NCBI GenBank assembly: GCA_951406725.2
Contig: OX597827.1
Location: 31,000,001 to 31,064,000 of the forward strand
Length of the DNA stretch: 64,000 nt
From: Octopus vulgaris
Lineage: Eukaryota
Direction: 5' to 3'
Positions 18,076 through 31,422 of the stretch are shown one piece after another (the stretch's first letter is position 1; every line of letters starts with the position of its first letter). A program made the position numbers and the translations under genes. A model generated the notes under the pieces. That model was given only the letters and a program-made list of their open reading frames with translations, ran no database searches and was not told the origin of the DNA.

Positions 18076-18539
18076 AAAAGCCTTGTATGTAATAATGAAT
18101 GCACAATATGCACAGTGTAATCAGAGGCATGCAGACAAGGATTTGGGGATTTAGATTTACCAGTTGCATGGGCGTGAGCTTTGGAGACAGATTGAAGATC
18201 ATGTCCGTGAATAGCTTAGATGGGTCACAAGAGAAGTAAACGTATTTTTGATAACGTAAGGGGACTTAATTTGCACTGGAAGTTACGACAATAACTTGAG
18301 AAAGAAAGAGAATGAAAGAGTGTTGTGATATTTCTTGGAAAACATCAAAGACACCAACTTATTTGTTGAAGAGAGACAACTGATGCAGATGAATGACATG
18401 AATGAATGATGATTGCCAAATGAAAAGTGCTATTTGCAGATGGTAAGGAGTGGTATATAGAGTCTTAATATGAACATGATAGTTGGGAAAGACCCCACAA
18501 ATGTTGATATTACGTGTCTGAATCTCTATTCACCTCCAA

Positions 18540-18745
18540 CATAATTTTTTATGCTTGTTTTTCCATGCTTAGGTGGATGCCCTCCAGCATAACACTTTGC
18601 TTCAAGTTCTGGTCTATTGTCACCTCATCTATGAGGTTCAGCCGTTTGAGACCAGTCTTCTTTGGCCTCCCTCTCTTTTCTTTGCTCTCCCACTTCCACT
18701 TGGAGCACTCAATAAATTTATTATACAACTGACGGCTCCCACACA
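18540..18745 (-). mobile_element. Old RTE-like LINE 3'-end relic
   Basis: Minus-strand KRGRPKKT followed by the catggaaaaac-type 3' end seen in other RTE tails. Confidence 0.5.
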
Positions 18746-19809
18746 CATATCACGTGATCATATCAGAACAGTTCTCTCCCCTGAACTCTAAACTTGATTA
18801 CTTCTCTTTCCAGTTTTTTTTCTTTCTCATTTGTCTTTCATTGTTCATTATATGTCTAACAAGGTATGCTTGCCTCATTTCATTCCCATCTTCACAAAAT
18901 CCTCTATATTCAAAACCAGTATCTCGTTTAAATTATAACATTTAAATACAAAAATAGCAAAGAAACAAAGGCATCATACAATGTGCTCTTTAACAGAAAT
19001 AACATCCTGAACTTTCCCATACTATACTTGCTCTGGCTACAATGCCTTCAGAACACCTACGCCCACTGCTAATTAAGTCAGAACACCAAGTCTCCACTGC
19101 TAATTAGGTCGCCAAGATAGCAAAAGCTAACATTTGCTAAAGAGCCTTCCAAGCAATTGAAGGAATCTATCTCATGTAATAATTTTACTATTTCCATGAT
19201 GTGCCAGATTTAGATGAAGAGAGACCCTAAGCTATTCCACTTGCAAAAACCCTCCTTAAGAGCTTTATAAACATTAAACATCTTGACTGGAGGCTCCCTA
19301 GATTATGTGGCGCTAGGCTTGGGCCTGTTAAGCCTATAAGTAAATCCATCACTGCTTCTGTGCGTCTATTATTTATGAAGCCTACTTTTCCTGTCACCAC
19401 ACATACCTGTCTAATGACACCTGTGGGATATGCTGACATGGTGATCCTGTGATACCTCATGTGTACCTATAGTTTATAATGGGTTCACTGTATGGAATTT
19501 CTGCCTAGTTGTCTTCTGTCTATTTTTACCTGATTCCGTCTTGTGTCTTGCAAATTAAAACTTTAGTCTTTACCATCTTTGCTTTGAGATCTATCAGTTC
19601 AAGGTTTTAGTTTGTAGTCTTGAATTTCCTCTTTAGTCTTGCACATGCACTCACACGTATGCATGCACACATAACACATACATCTACTCACACACTTATA
19701 CTCATCTAACCCATGAAGGGATTGAGAAACAAATGTAAAAATGTGAAATGTGTGTACATACATATGTTTTCCAAAAATCTATATCTATATCTAATACACA
19801 CACACACAC

Positions 19810-19972
19810 AGCTGCAAGCATAGCTGTGTGATTGAGAAGTTCACTTCCCAACCACATGGTTTCTGGTTCAATTCTAAAGTGTGTCACTTTGGGCAAGTGT
19901 CTTCTACTATAGCCCTGGGCTGACCAAAGGCTTGTGAGTGGATCTGTTAGACAGAAACTGAAAGAAGCCCAT
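19810..19972 (+). mobile_element. tRNA-derived SINE (ggctgtgtggtaag family), partial
   Basis: ttgggcaagtgtcttctactatagc...aaactgaaagaagccc shared with many copies in the window. Confidence 0.8.
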
Positions 19973-20595
19973 TGTAAATATATGTGTGTGCATGGGTTTG
20001 TGTGTGTATTTGTATTTGTGTATGTGTGTTTCCTTTTCTTAATATTGCATAATGTTACACACCATTGCGTAAACATTATCATTCTCAGTCTTTCATGAAA
20101 ACATATTGGATGAGAGTGGGGGGTGAAATTATCATGCGTGGGGACAAGTGAGAGTTGGCAACAGGAAAGACATCTGGCCTTAGGAAATCTTCCTCAACAA
20201 ATTCTGATTGACCCACGCAAGCATGGAAAATGGAAGTTAGAACACTGATGATGATGATGATGATGATAATCTTTACATATTCAATGAGCTTCTTCATGAT
20301 TTATTTCTGTTCTCCTCACAAGGTATTGGCCAACCTGAATCTAGAGCAGAAAGACTCTTATGCAAGATACCGCACAATGGGGTCAAACCCAAAAGCACAT
20401 GGTTGCAAATAAAGTTCTTCACTACACCCACACATATGTGAGATGTATTAGTTATCGCAATCAACTGAACCAGAATTTATTAACCGAGAAATAAACCAAC
20501 TGGAATTTCTGATCTTTATCATGAAAATATGAAAGCTACTAATATGTTACAAAAATCAGAAAAAGCGATGTAACATGCAATAGAAATATAGAATA

Positions 20596-20972
20596 ACAAC
20601 AGGAGCACTCAGAGAGTGCAAACCTCTGCCAAGGCGACACCAATGTCCTCTCAACGATTAGACAGAGGGGATTTTTAAAATGAGAATATCTGAAATAAAC
20701 TCGACTGCTCTCACAAATGAGAATACTAAAAATGAACCCAACTGCTCTCAAAAATGAAGTAAAAAACAGGAAAAATAATCCAGAATCCTTGTCTGGTACT
20801 GGATTGATCCCAAAATCTAATCAGTTTGTGCCAGTCATGAGGCCAAACATACCTGGAAGTTTCATCTGAATCTATTCAGTGGTTCTTGAGATATCTTTGT
20901 CCACAATCAACAAACAAATAAACAAACATAACTGGAAACAATACCTCCGCCTTCGCTAAGGTGGAAGTGATA
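20596..20972. mobile_element. Non-autonomous Helentron/DINE-like element (candidate)
   Basis: Subterminal cctctgccaaggcg motif is echoed by the terminal hairpin acctccgcctt-cgct-aaggtggaagt. Confidence 0.5.
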
Positions 20973-21557
20973 AATCACTTCTAAGGAAGACTTAACATTT
21001 AGAACATACTGGTTTACATTCAGCTTCAGAGCATCTGTGGTTCTACTGAGAATTTATCCTCTTGGTAGTTCCTCATAGTCTGAGAAAGACTGTTCTGCAA
21101 TTTCTTTGTGAACAACCTGCAGATACGATTTGTTTACAGTGCTTTGATGTTTGTGCTGCACATAAACTCACTGCCTCCATCAAATCAACCTTTGCCAGCA
21201 GAGGAGCATGGAGCTCCATACATCAGGTGTTGAAGTGATCACAGAGGCAAGGTGAAATGAAGTGTTTTGCTCAAGATCACAATGCATTGTCCTGTCTGGG
21301 AATTAAAACCACAATTCCTAGGAATACGGATAGAGATCTTAAGAGATTGTGGAAATGCATGTAATGATGCATTAAAGGTTTATAAATTCCATCCAAGGAT
21401 TATTGTTATTATTAGTATATTTATCCTACATTATATCGGTACAGCTCAATGCAACCTGGTTCACTAGTCAGGGTCATTAGATGGTGGCTGGCATAATGGA
21501 ATAGAAACTTTATTTGCATATTCAAAACATTTCTTGTAAACATATTTAATATGTATA

Positions 21558-22060
21558 TCATCATCATCATCCTTTAATGTCCATTTTCCATGCTAGCATG
21601 GGTTGGACAGTTCAACTGGCATCTGGGAAGCCAGGCTCCAATCTGATCTGGCAATGTTTCTACAGCTGGATGCCCTTCCTAATGCCAACCGCTCCGTGAG
21701 TGTAGTGAGTGCTTTTTATGTGCCACCGGCACAGGGGTCAGAGAAGGCTGGAAACGGCCATGATTGGATGGTGCTTTTCATGTGCCACCAGCATGGGGGT
21801 CACAACTACAATTTCCATTTGATTTTCATTTTGATGTTGATGTACTTGATTCAATAGGTCTCCTCAAGTACAGCAGGTTGCCCTATGATATCCAAGGTAC
21901 TTTTGAATGGGCTGAGGCTGGTTATGTGAAACTGGTGTAGGATACAGCTGTGAACTCACTTTATTTGCCAGGTCTTCGCAGTCACAGCATATCTCCAGAG
22001 GTTTCGGTCTTTCGTCATTGCTTCTGTGAGGCCCAACATTTGAAGGTCAGGCTTCACCAA
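21558..22060 (-). mobile_element. RTE LINE 3' end with (GAT)n tail
   Basis: catcatcat..ttccatgctagcatgggttggac..ggatgcccttcctaa matches the RTE 3' UTR. Confidence 0.8.
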
Positions 22061-22089
22061 TCGAAAAATCATGCTTTACCAATATATAT

Positions 22090-22255
22090 ATGCTGAGTTA
22101 CTTCCAGTTTCCATCTACTAAATTCACTCACAAGGCTTTTGGTCAGCCCATGGCTATAGTAGAAGACTCTTGTTCAATATGCTGCAGAGTGGGAGTGAAC
22201 CTGGGACCATATGGCTGGGAAGCAAGCCTCTCAACCGCATAACCATGTCTGCACC
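22090..22255 (-). mobile_element. tRNA-derived SINE
   Basis: Reverse complement of the 32616 family. Confidence 0.7.
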
Positions 22256-22531
22256 ATACATACATATAATGTGCTTTTATAGGTGCAGAAATGGCTGTCT
22301 GGTTGAGGTTTTGATGATGACAACAATGATGACGATGATGATGACATCTGTGATGAGGATGGCGATGATGATGATGATGATGATATATGCTTTTGTTTCT
22401 GTTGGCCATTTAGTTTGTTATGGCAGTGATCATCAAAACGTTTTGTGTTGTTTTTATGTATTTCTTGCTCTGTTTTTTGTATTTCTTCTCCCTTATTCTA
22501 AACACTTACCCTTTTCATTTCTTTGTTGCAG

Positions 22532-22650
22532 TCTATCAACATGGAATTGCATCTGCTTCCACCAGTTACCAATATTTTGAAATTCTCATTCCAGAGGAAA
22601 TCTCATACATATATAAAATAAGAACAGCAGAGAATTTTGGGACTTCCTTT
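22532..22650 (+). CDS. PRADC1: Protease-associated domain-containing protein 1, first identified coding exon
   Basis: Polypyrimidine tract + ttgcag acceptor and ttt|gtaagt donor (phase 0). YQYFEILIPEEISYIYKIRTAENFGTSF resembles PRADC1 [28 protein letters not shown]. May instead extend to the in-frame ATG at 22420. Confidence 0.85.
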
Positions 22651-22706
22651 GTAAGTCAATTCTCATCATTCCATTATTTTTGTTTAATTAATATGGGGAT
22701 ATTTGT

Positions 22707-22920
22707 AAGGCGGCGAGCTGGCAGAATTGTTAGCACACCAGGCAAAATGCTTAGTGGCATTTCATCTATCTTTATGTTCTGAGTTCAAATCCCACCAAGG
22801 TCGACTTTGCCTTTCATCCTTTCTGGATTGATAAAATGAGTACCAGTTGTGCACTGGGGTCAATGTAATTGACTTACTTTCTCCCTTTAAATTGCTGGCA
22901 TTGTGCCAACATTTGAAATC
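22707..22920 (+). mobile_element. SINE (ggcggcgagctggcagaa family), intronic
   Basis: gttctgagttcaaat B-box-like motif and gcctttcatccttt core-like segment. Confidence 0.8.
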
Positions 22921-23586
22921 AGTATGGGGAAGATGTGATAGAAAGGTGTTTGAAAGGGCAGCCAGCCATAAAAACCCTGCCGAAACAGACACAGAAGTCT
23001 GGTGCAGGATCCTACCTGGTCGGCTCCTACCTGGCCGGCTCCTTTCAAACGGTCCAATCCCTGCCAGCATGGCAGAAGGATGTTAAACAATGATGATGAT
23101 GATGATGTTGATGATGATGAAGAATGAGCAGAGGCTGATCAATGACTTAAGGCTGAAACCTTGAGCTCTGTGTCATTCATCAATCAAGTAAGAAACAATT
23201 AAACAAATATAGTTTAAAATAGCAGCGTGTATAACCTTTATAATGTGTGTACAAGCATGAAACAGCACTGGTTTGTAATATTTTGTCCCAGAGAAATATC
23301 ACAATGAGATTTTTGTGTTTAGCCCTTTAGCATTTAAACCAGCCACATCAGGCGAAAATATTCTCCCTGTTTTATGGTCAAACCAGCCAGATCTTGCCTT
23401 TCATGCCCACCTCACAATGTCATTTTAAAAAGAAACAATCACATCTTGAAGCCATGTGCTTATGTTTCCAGGTTCATGTTTCCATGCATTATGTTTCCAC
23501 TTTGAGCAAGTGTCTTCTGCTATAGTCTCGGGCACACCAAAGCCTTGTGAGTGGATTTGGTAGATGGAAACTGAAAGAAACCTATC

Positions 23587-23622
<36 letters not shown>

Positions 23623-23724
23623 TATCATCATCATCATCGTTTAATGTCCACTTTTCATCCTGGCATGGGTTGGACAGTTTGACTGAGGGCTGGCAATCTG
23701 ATCTGGCAAAGTTTCTACAGCTGG

Positions 23725-23763
<39 letters not shown>

Positions 23764-23764
23764 C

Positions 23765-23900
23765 AGAAGAAAAACGTTTTTAATTATGAACAAGTCACAA
23801 TTATAACAAAGAGGCTTAAAAGATCCTTACATGTAAGGGTTTTTTAACCCTCTTAGTTATAATTGTGACTTGTCATAATTATAGATGTTTTTCTTCTTTA
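23765..23900. repeat. Imperfect ~135-bp palindrome at the start of a TA-flanked repeat
   Basis: agaagaaaaac..acaagtcacaattataac..ccttac at gtaaggg..gttataattgtgacttgt..gttttttcttct. Confidence 0.7.
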
Positions 23901-24455
23901 TACTTATGATAACATGTTTGGCCATTGATATATTCATAAATAATTTTAATTATTTACAATATATCCTCTGTAATGTTTTTACATTACTCTCCACTTATAT
24001 CTGCCTGAAATTGTCATGACATCTGGTACTTGACTGAAGAAAGAAGGCCACGAATGATCCGTCTTTTTTTTTGGCTGTCCTTCTCATTGTTGTTTTTCTT
24101 GTCTACCTTTGTATCGTCTATCTGTCTGAATGTTTTTATTGTCCTCTATTGCGTTTTTGTTCCATTTATATATATATATGTAGAATGACTGTGCGAAGGA
24201 GAGGTGACAATGAATGGCTCCTTTAATACATCGCACGGTTGATTACAATAAATGCGAAAAGTATGAATGAGTATTAGTGCCAGAAGGACAAGAGAGAGAC
24301 AACCGGTAGAATGTTTAAGAGAAGATTTTATTTATGTGTTAACATGTGTGTCTGTGTGTGCGTCATATATGCATAATAATAGACAGGCCGTCATGTATAC
24401 AAAGTGTATGTGTACAAACATGGATGCATAACCGTTCAAACTTGTTATTTTGCAG

Positions 24456-24565
24456 AGACACATATACCACAGGGTGAATTTAGTTGTCGCAGAACCTTAC
24501 TTAGGGTGCAGTCCTCTTCTTAATAAACATGTTGTTGATGGAGCAGTTGTTCTTCTGAAGCAAGG
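24456..24565 (+). CDS. PRADC1: PRADC1 coding exon (110 bp)
   Basis: ttttgcag acceptor, gg|gtaagg donor. RHIYHRVNLVVAEPYLGCSPLLNKHVVDGAVVLLKQG is the PA-domain start; phase 0 to 2. Confidence 0.9.
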
Positions 24566-24994
24566 GTAAGGTGGACTATTTTGGTTTAAAATTTAGAAAG
24601 TTTCTATTGGTTTATAGACAGAATTTTGTATGGAATTCCAGAGCAAATGATGTTTGCTATCATTTATTAAAACACTTTAACAAAAAATATATCGACTATG
24701 TGTGTGTATATGTAACAGACAGCAAACATGTGTTTGTGTTGATTGACATGTCATGACATTCATTATATGTATGTGTATTCTGTATGTGTGTTGACACCAC
24801 GGAAGCCATGTATTTTTTTGTCAAGAAATAACAAAAATTGTGCTGAATCATTTAAATAGAGGTCCAAATGTCACAAAAATTTGTACTGCTCTGCCGAAGG
24901 TAAGTATGAAAATAAATATGTAAAAATATTAAGATAAACTATACTATTTCTGAGATATTTCAGTTACACAGATCCTTATTCTACTGACCCCCTA

Positions 24995-25152
24995 CAGCAG
25001 GCATGGGCAACCTTTTTTCCATAAGTGGGTCACATGGGACATGGCGCATCAATAGGTAGGCCACACTACTAGAAAATATTTTGAGGTCATTTTTTGGTTA
25101 GGTATGCCATATAGAAAGTTCTGTGGGTTGCATGTGGCCCATAATTGCCCCG
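24995..25152. mobile_element. hAT-like MITE relic
   Basis: caggcatgggcaacc ... ggccc ataattgccc termini. Confidence 0.4.
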
Positions 25153-25969
25153 AGAGAAAGACATTGAAAGTTGACTCTGGTGGGATTTGAAGTGAGAACT
25201 TAAGATGAAATAACAAAATACATAATATTTTTCCTCTGATTTACAGTTTGTGAATGACTGAAATATGTAAAAAAATAACAGACAAAAGATAGATACATAT
25301 ATATACACATCTGGATCAATCTATCCATCCATAAACACACACACACACACAGATACATACATACATACATACATACATACATACATACATACACACACAC
25401 ACAGATACACATACAGACACACACACACACATACATACATGTATATATACATACACATATATACATACATACATACCTACATACACACACATACACATAC
25501 AGACACACATACATACATATGGAGGAAGTCAACTTTTGACTGAATAAGACCGTTTCTTAAATGCAATAAGTCTGTGCAAATGTTCTGAGGGTCCAGGAAA
25601 TTTCTGTGCATGAATTTGTTTTCAACACAACAGAGGCTGAGACAACCAGAAACCAACTGCCCATCAGGTTATTTTTTTAATATGAATTTACCATTTCCTG
25701 GAAGAAAGTTCTAAGTAGTTGGGGGTCCGTGCTAATTGACTCATTGCTGGGACCCTAACAGGTGCTAGTACTCTGGGTCAGAGTAGACCTGGGATACAAG
25801 AATAGCTAAGACTTGGGGCCACACTCCTCAAAACCTTGGAACTTGCATAGCAGGGCCCCACTACAAGGGGCAGATGGAAGTCATAAACAGGACAGCTGAT
25901 ATGAAGACTACAGATCCATGCCATCATTTGAGCTCTAAAAACTTATAAAACTTTCCAGAAGTTTATCAT

Positions 25970-26196
25970 TTAACCCTTTAGCATTCAGATTATTCTGTCA
26001 AATGTAAAGCTTATGTATTCACACCATGTAAAATTAATCTTGCATCATTTCATGGCTTTGAGATTTCAATGATGTGATTGTTTATTTTTAAAATGACACA
26101 ATAAAATAGCTATGAATGACCATATCTGACTAGTTTGAACATAAAACAGGTAGAATATTTTGGCCGGATAGGGCCGGTTTAAACACTTAAGGGTTA
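25970..26196. mobile_element. TTAA-flanked MITE (piggyBac-like ends)
   Basis: ttaaccctttag ... cttaagggttaa; related end at ~23318. Confidence 0.6.
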
Positions 26197-26377
26197 AATA
26201 TATATGAGCATGTCTAGACATCCAACTATAGGTATGAGAAGACATGCATAAAATAAAACAAATCTGCATATTTGCATGCATGCATACATACATAAAAAGT
26301 ATAGTTAATTCCTTAAATTGTTCAGTTAATTATTCTAAATTTAGTGTCAAAATTATTGCCGTGTGTCTCTTTTATAG

Positions 26378-26545
26378 GAAATGCACATTTGTTACCAAAA
26401 GCTTTCATGCTGAGCAGGCAGGAGCTGTTGCTGTATTAATCACAGACAGTGATTCCAACAACGACAGTGAATATTTCAACATGATACACGACGGCTCTAG
26501 TCACATCATTGACATCCCAGTTTTCTTCATGCTTGGAAAAGATGG
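26378..26545 (+). CDS. PRADC1: PRADC1 coding exon (168 bp)
   Basis: tttatag acceptor, gg|gtaagc donor. KCTFVTKSFHAEQAGAVAVLITDSDSNNDSEYFNMIHDGSSHIIDIPVFFMLGKDG; phase 2 to 2. Confidence 0.93.
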
Positions 26546-27139
26546 GTAAGCTATTATCTTTAGTTATTTCTTTTATTTGTCATTATGATGTAACATTAAT
26601 GAATTATAAGGAAAATGATGTAAAGAATTCACATATTTAATCTTTTGCTTTTTTTTTGTTGGTTACCTATTATGAAACTCTCAAAATTTCCAGTCAATGG
26701 TAACCATGTATAGCATTATTTCACTCTTTTCAGAAATTGACAGCATGACATAACTTGTGATATATTAGTTAAACATTCTATGAAGTAAGACATTTCTTGA
26801 CAGAAAATAATAATTGTCTGGAAGAAATTCATGGAATGTGTGTTTATCTTTTTCTGTTTCTCGTTATTAAGGCAATGAGCTTTCAACATCATTAGCACAT
26901 TGGACAAGATGCTCAATGACATCTCATCTTTCATTATATTCTAAGTTGAGATTCCTGCCAAGGCTGACTTTGCTTTCATTCTTTTGGAGTCAATGAAATA
27001 AGCACCAGTTGAGCACTGTGGTCAATGTAATAGACTTGATCTCTTGGCCCCTATAATAGAAAAGTTTGTTATTGTTGTTGGTGTTGTTATTATTATTGTT
27101 GTTGTTATTGTTATTATTTAATATTATTATTATTATTAT

Positions 27140-27625
27140 TATTATTGAGTGAGAGAGTAGTGCATGCCATCCATGTGACACTGAGTTAAAATATATGAAG
27201 CCCAGTATACCCATCATGACTGCTCATCTGATAAAGGTACACTAGGCACATGCATCACAACCATATGTGTACAACATGGTGATCCCATATCAGGATAAAC
27301 AGCATATAACCTTGCAAGTGGGGTCCAGTTAGAATTTTCTTCATGTTGAGTAGCCCATCCCACTCAAAAGGTCCCTGAATAAGGGTTGTTTAAGGACAAA
27401 GAATGAAACACCCATATTTCCAAAGGTGAATTATCCAAACCTCCAAGAATTCCTTTCAACACACAGCTATGATGCTCCCCCACTACTTCTGCTTATGATC
27501 AGAGATGCACATATCGTCAGCCACTAAGGGACACCTTCAACTGGTTATGGTCAAACAACTGACAAACAAATCTGTGGTATTGAGTAGAATATTTGCTGAA
27601 GCCCAACTTTTATAACAAGACAAAA
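27140..27625 (-). mobile_element. Non-coding interspersed repeat flanked by (TAA)n (possible Dong-mobilised SINE)
   Basis: ~480-bp complex block bounded by ATT arrays; minus strand ends ctctctcactc-aataataat. Confidence 0.45.
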
Positions 27626-27699
27626 TTATTATTATATTATTATCATTATTATTATTAAATATCAGTGTTACTATAATTACTTTTATTACTATTATTATT

Positions 27700-28769
27700 A
27701 TTATTTTTTTTTTTTTCTTCTTTCAAATTTTCTTCCATTTCTTGCCGAGTGTCTTCCCGACTCCTAGGGCAAAGAAACTCATAGTGTATATTGGTAGGCC
27801 ATTAAACCAAACTCAGTAGTTCGTTCATTTTTTTTTTTTTTTTTTTAAAGTTAAATTAAAATGCATGAGCAGCAACAGTTCTCACATCGACAATGCTCTT
27901 CTCAATACGTGTGATGTACCAGTTAAGACAATCTTTTGCACATCTTGCAGGGATGGTAAGCCAGGGATCATTCTCATATAATTTTCGGTTCCCTTCTTGA
28001 TCATTCCTAGTGCTCCTACGATCACTGGTATTGTAACCGCCTTGAGATGCCACATTTTCTCAATTTCAATGAGTAGGTCTTTATATTTTCTGAGCTTGTC
28101 AAACTCTTTCGCTGAGATATTATGATCACAGGGGATGCTCATGTCGATCAATAAGCAAACTTTATTGTTTTGGTCTTTCACAACAATATCTGGTTTATTG
28201 GCCTTGATGGTTCGGTCTGTATGTACTGGAAAGTCCCACAGAATGGTTACATTTTCTCCTTCAGTTACAGCCTCAGGGTGGTGATTATACCACTTGTCGG
28301 CAGTTTTGATATTGTAATGCCGACTTATTAGCCAGTGGAGATATTGGCCAACTCTGTCATGTCTTAATTTATACTCCACTGGTGCTAAGACTTTACATCC
28401 AGAGATTAGGTGGTCCACTGTTTCAATCATGTCGTTGCAGAATCGGCATTTTGGGTCTGCTCCATTTTTCATCACATTGGCCTGGTAGTTCCAGGTTGAT
28501 AGGCTTTGGTCTTGAGCAGCCAGGATGAAACCTTCGCTCTCTGCTTTTAGCCCTGAGCTCCGCAGCCACTGATGGGTTTGCTTCTGGTCAACATCAGCTT
28601 GTTTGCTGCGGGTCACATATTTGCCGTGCAGAGGTTTCTCCTCCCACCTATCAGCCAATTGCTCGTGCGCTTTTTTCATTGCCATCATTTTCACCTTCTT
28701 TGCAACAATAGTTGCCGTACTTCCCTCGGGTTGTTCAGTTTGGGTATCCTGCACGAGATCAATAGCAAA

Positions 28770-28770
<1 letters not shown>
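27700..28770 (-). mobile_element. Dong/R4-clade LINE 3' portion (zinc knuckle + restriction-like endonuclease), subfamily A
   Basis: ORF 27882..28754: CRFC..ETVDHLISGC..RHD..KPDIVVKD..LIDMSIP; inserted in (TAA)n. Confidence 0.92.
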
Positions 28771-28805
<35 letters not shown>

Positions 28806-28811
<6 letters not shown>

Positions 28812-30737
28812 TAGTTTTATTTTTATAGCGTGCTTTCACTTCACTACCGAGTGCAGCTCTGTGTGCCTTGGGTATGTGCTGTGATTTGTTGTGATGCTCT
28901 GATGGTTATTGTATGGAAAGTGTTCTGCGTAGGATGTGTGCAGTGCCTAGTAGTGCAATTTTCTGTATGTTATATGTGTTTGTAAGTACTGGTGTTTTTG
29001 TTATGTATTTGTCTGAATATTTTTTTATCATGCCTAATGCACCTACTATGATAGGAATTGTTTCTGTTTTTAGATTCCACATTCTGGTTACCTCTATTTC
29101 CAGGTCTTTGTATTTTGAAAGTTTCTCCATTTCTTTTAGAGATACGTTGTCATCTGCTGGTATTGATACATCAATTAGAAAGCATTTTTTTCTTCATGAT
29201 CTCTGACAACCATATCTGGTCTGTTTGCCTTAATTTCTCTATCTGTGTGTATCGGCATATCCCAGAGTATGGTTGCTTTCTCGTTTTCTGTGACCTTTTC
29301 TGGTGTGTGCCAATACCATCTTTTTTCTGTTGTTATTCCATAATGTTGGCATAGCTTCCAGTGTATATAGGTCCCAACTCTGTCGTGTCTGTGAATATAT
29401 TCCTTCTTAGCCAGGACTGGGCAGCCAAAGATAATATGATTTATTGTTTCTTGTCCATCTCCACATATTCTGCAGTTACTTGTTATATTTCTTTTCATTA
29501 CATATTTTTGGTAATTTCTGGTGGGGAGGCTTTGGTCTTGTGCTGCAATTAAAAATCCCTCTGTCTCTGCTTTGAGTCCTGAGCTTCTCAACCATTGCTG
29601 GGATTTTTCTTTGTCTATTTCTTTTGCATTTAGTTTAGTCCAGTATTTGCCATAAAGGGGCTTTTCTTGCCATTGTTTTATCATGGTTCGTTGCTGTTCT
29701 AGTTTTAGTTTGGATTTCATTTGTTTTATAGCTTTTGTTGTTTCTTCTTCTTCTTCTTCTTCTTCTTCTTCTTCTTCTTCTTCTTCTTCTTCTTCATATT
29801 TGTTAGGTGGTATGATTTCTTGTTTGTATTTGTCAGCTTCCTTAAATATTGAGAACAGTTTTTTGTTTGGCTCATGTTTTGCTGCTATTTGTATCAGTTT
29901 TCCTTCCTTCTGAAGAAGATATTTTTGCAGTCCTATGGTGGTTATTTTATAGTAGTTTTCCAGCTGTATAAGGCCTCTACCACCTTCTATACATTGTATA
30001 TATAGCCTTTCTATGTCAGATTTTGGGTGATGCATCCTAGATCCTGTCATTATTTTTCTTGTTTTCCTATCTATTTTGGTCAGTTCATTTAGTGTCCAGT
30101 TAAGGATATTGTAGCTGTAACTTATAACTGGGACGGCTAAAGTGTTAATACCTATTATCTTGTTTTTAACATTGAGCTCTGTTTTTAGTATTGGTCTAAC
30201 TCATCTATAATATTCTTTTTTTATTTTCTATTTCATTTGTGTGTGTTGTGTCTTATCTAGTTCATGGATTCCTAAGTATTTGTAAGTTTGGCTTTGGTCT
30301 AATTCTTTTATTTCATTGGTTTTATCTAGTGTGATGTTGCTACTCTTAACTAGTTTTCCTCTTTTCATGGTTACTTTGGTGCATTTTCTAATCCAAATTT
30401 CATATCTATTTCTTTGGTGAATCCATGAACTGTCTTTAGTAGTGTTTCCAGCTGTTTGTCATTTGTAGCGTATAGTTTTAGGTCATCCATATATAAAAGG
30501 TGGCTGATTGTTTTGCCGTAACATTTATATCCGCATCCAGTTCTATTTAGCATATCAGATAGAGGTGACAGTGCCAAGCAGAAAAGGAGTGGAGAGAGGG
30601 TGTCTTCCTGGAATATTCCTCTTCTAATGAGGATGGCTTTGGTTTTCATGAGTCCCTCTTTTGTTTGGAGCTGTAGCACTGCTTGTCATTTATTCATAGA
30701 GTGTCCTATGTATTTTATAATTGTTGGTGCTACTTTG

Positions 30738-30741
<4 letters not shown>
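28806..30741 (-). mobile_element. Dong/R4-clade LINE, 5'-truncated and degenerate, subfamily B
   Basis: RGIFQEDTLSPLLF, HLLYMDDLKLY, CRIC..ETINHI..RHD..RPD; (ATT)n on both sides. Confidence 0.92.
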
Positions 30742-30793
<52 letters not shown>

Positions 30794-30800
30794 CATACAG

Positions 30801-30918
30801 GTGGATGATAAGTGAGACGTTAAGACGATGGTACCACTTTGGCATCATAAACATCCCAGTGAATATCAGCCGAGTTCCTGTAGATCAACTTCACTTCCCA
30901 CCGTGGACAATATGGTGA
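30801..30918 (+). CDS. PRADC1: PRADC1 last coding exon
   Basis: catacag acceptor (phase 2). WMISETLRRWYHFGIINIPVNISRVPVDQLHFPPWTIW* matches the PRADC1 C-terminus (IPVN...PPWTFW). Confidence 0.92.
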
Positions 30919-31239
30919 TTCAACCAAGGACTTTTTATCCTCTTAGTGGCAAAAATATCTTCTGCCAATATGATACAGAATCCTGCAATATTTCTAAATA
31001 TCTGACTGAGAAGAAGAATGGTTAAATACTGAAAGCAAAATTTTTTTTTTGTTTTTCTTTTGTAAATTTTCTTATTTTTCTTATTATTCAAGATAATTGC
31101 TGCTGTCTCTTATGTCAAGTTATTTCCTTCCAGTAAAGTGGGTGCTTGTGTATGTGTTTGGCAAAATATATGAAGGGATAATATTTTACCATTTTTACTA
31201 GCATAAAGACAGAAGATATACACACACGCACACATACAT

Positions 31240-31290
<51 letters not shown>

Positions 31291-31363
31291 CATATACATA
31301 TAAGTTGATCAGGAACGTCAAAATTTGAATAACTAGACATGAGGTGCCAGCTGTCAAAAGCAT

Positions 31364-31422
<59 letters not shown>

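Noticed and set aside
21340-21440. Possible PRADC1 signal-peptide exon (RIIVIISIFILHYI)
   Set aside because: Weak donor (gtacag), and no nearby in-frame ATG or clear acceptor.
24030-24065. Hammerhead candidate CTGAAGA..GAAT gatc
   Set aside because: GAAA and UH are mutated and helices I/II are unconvincing; at best a relic.
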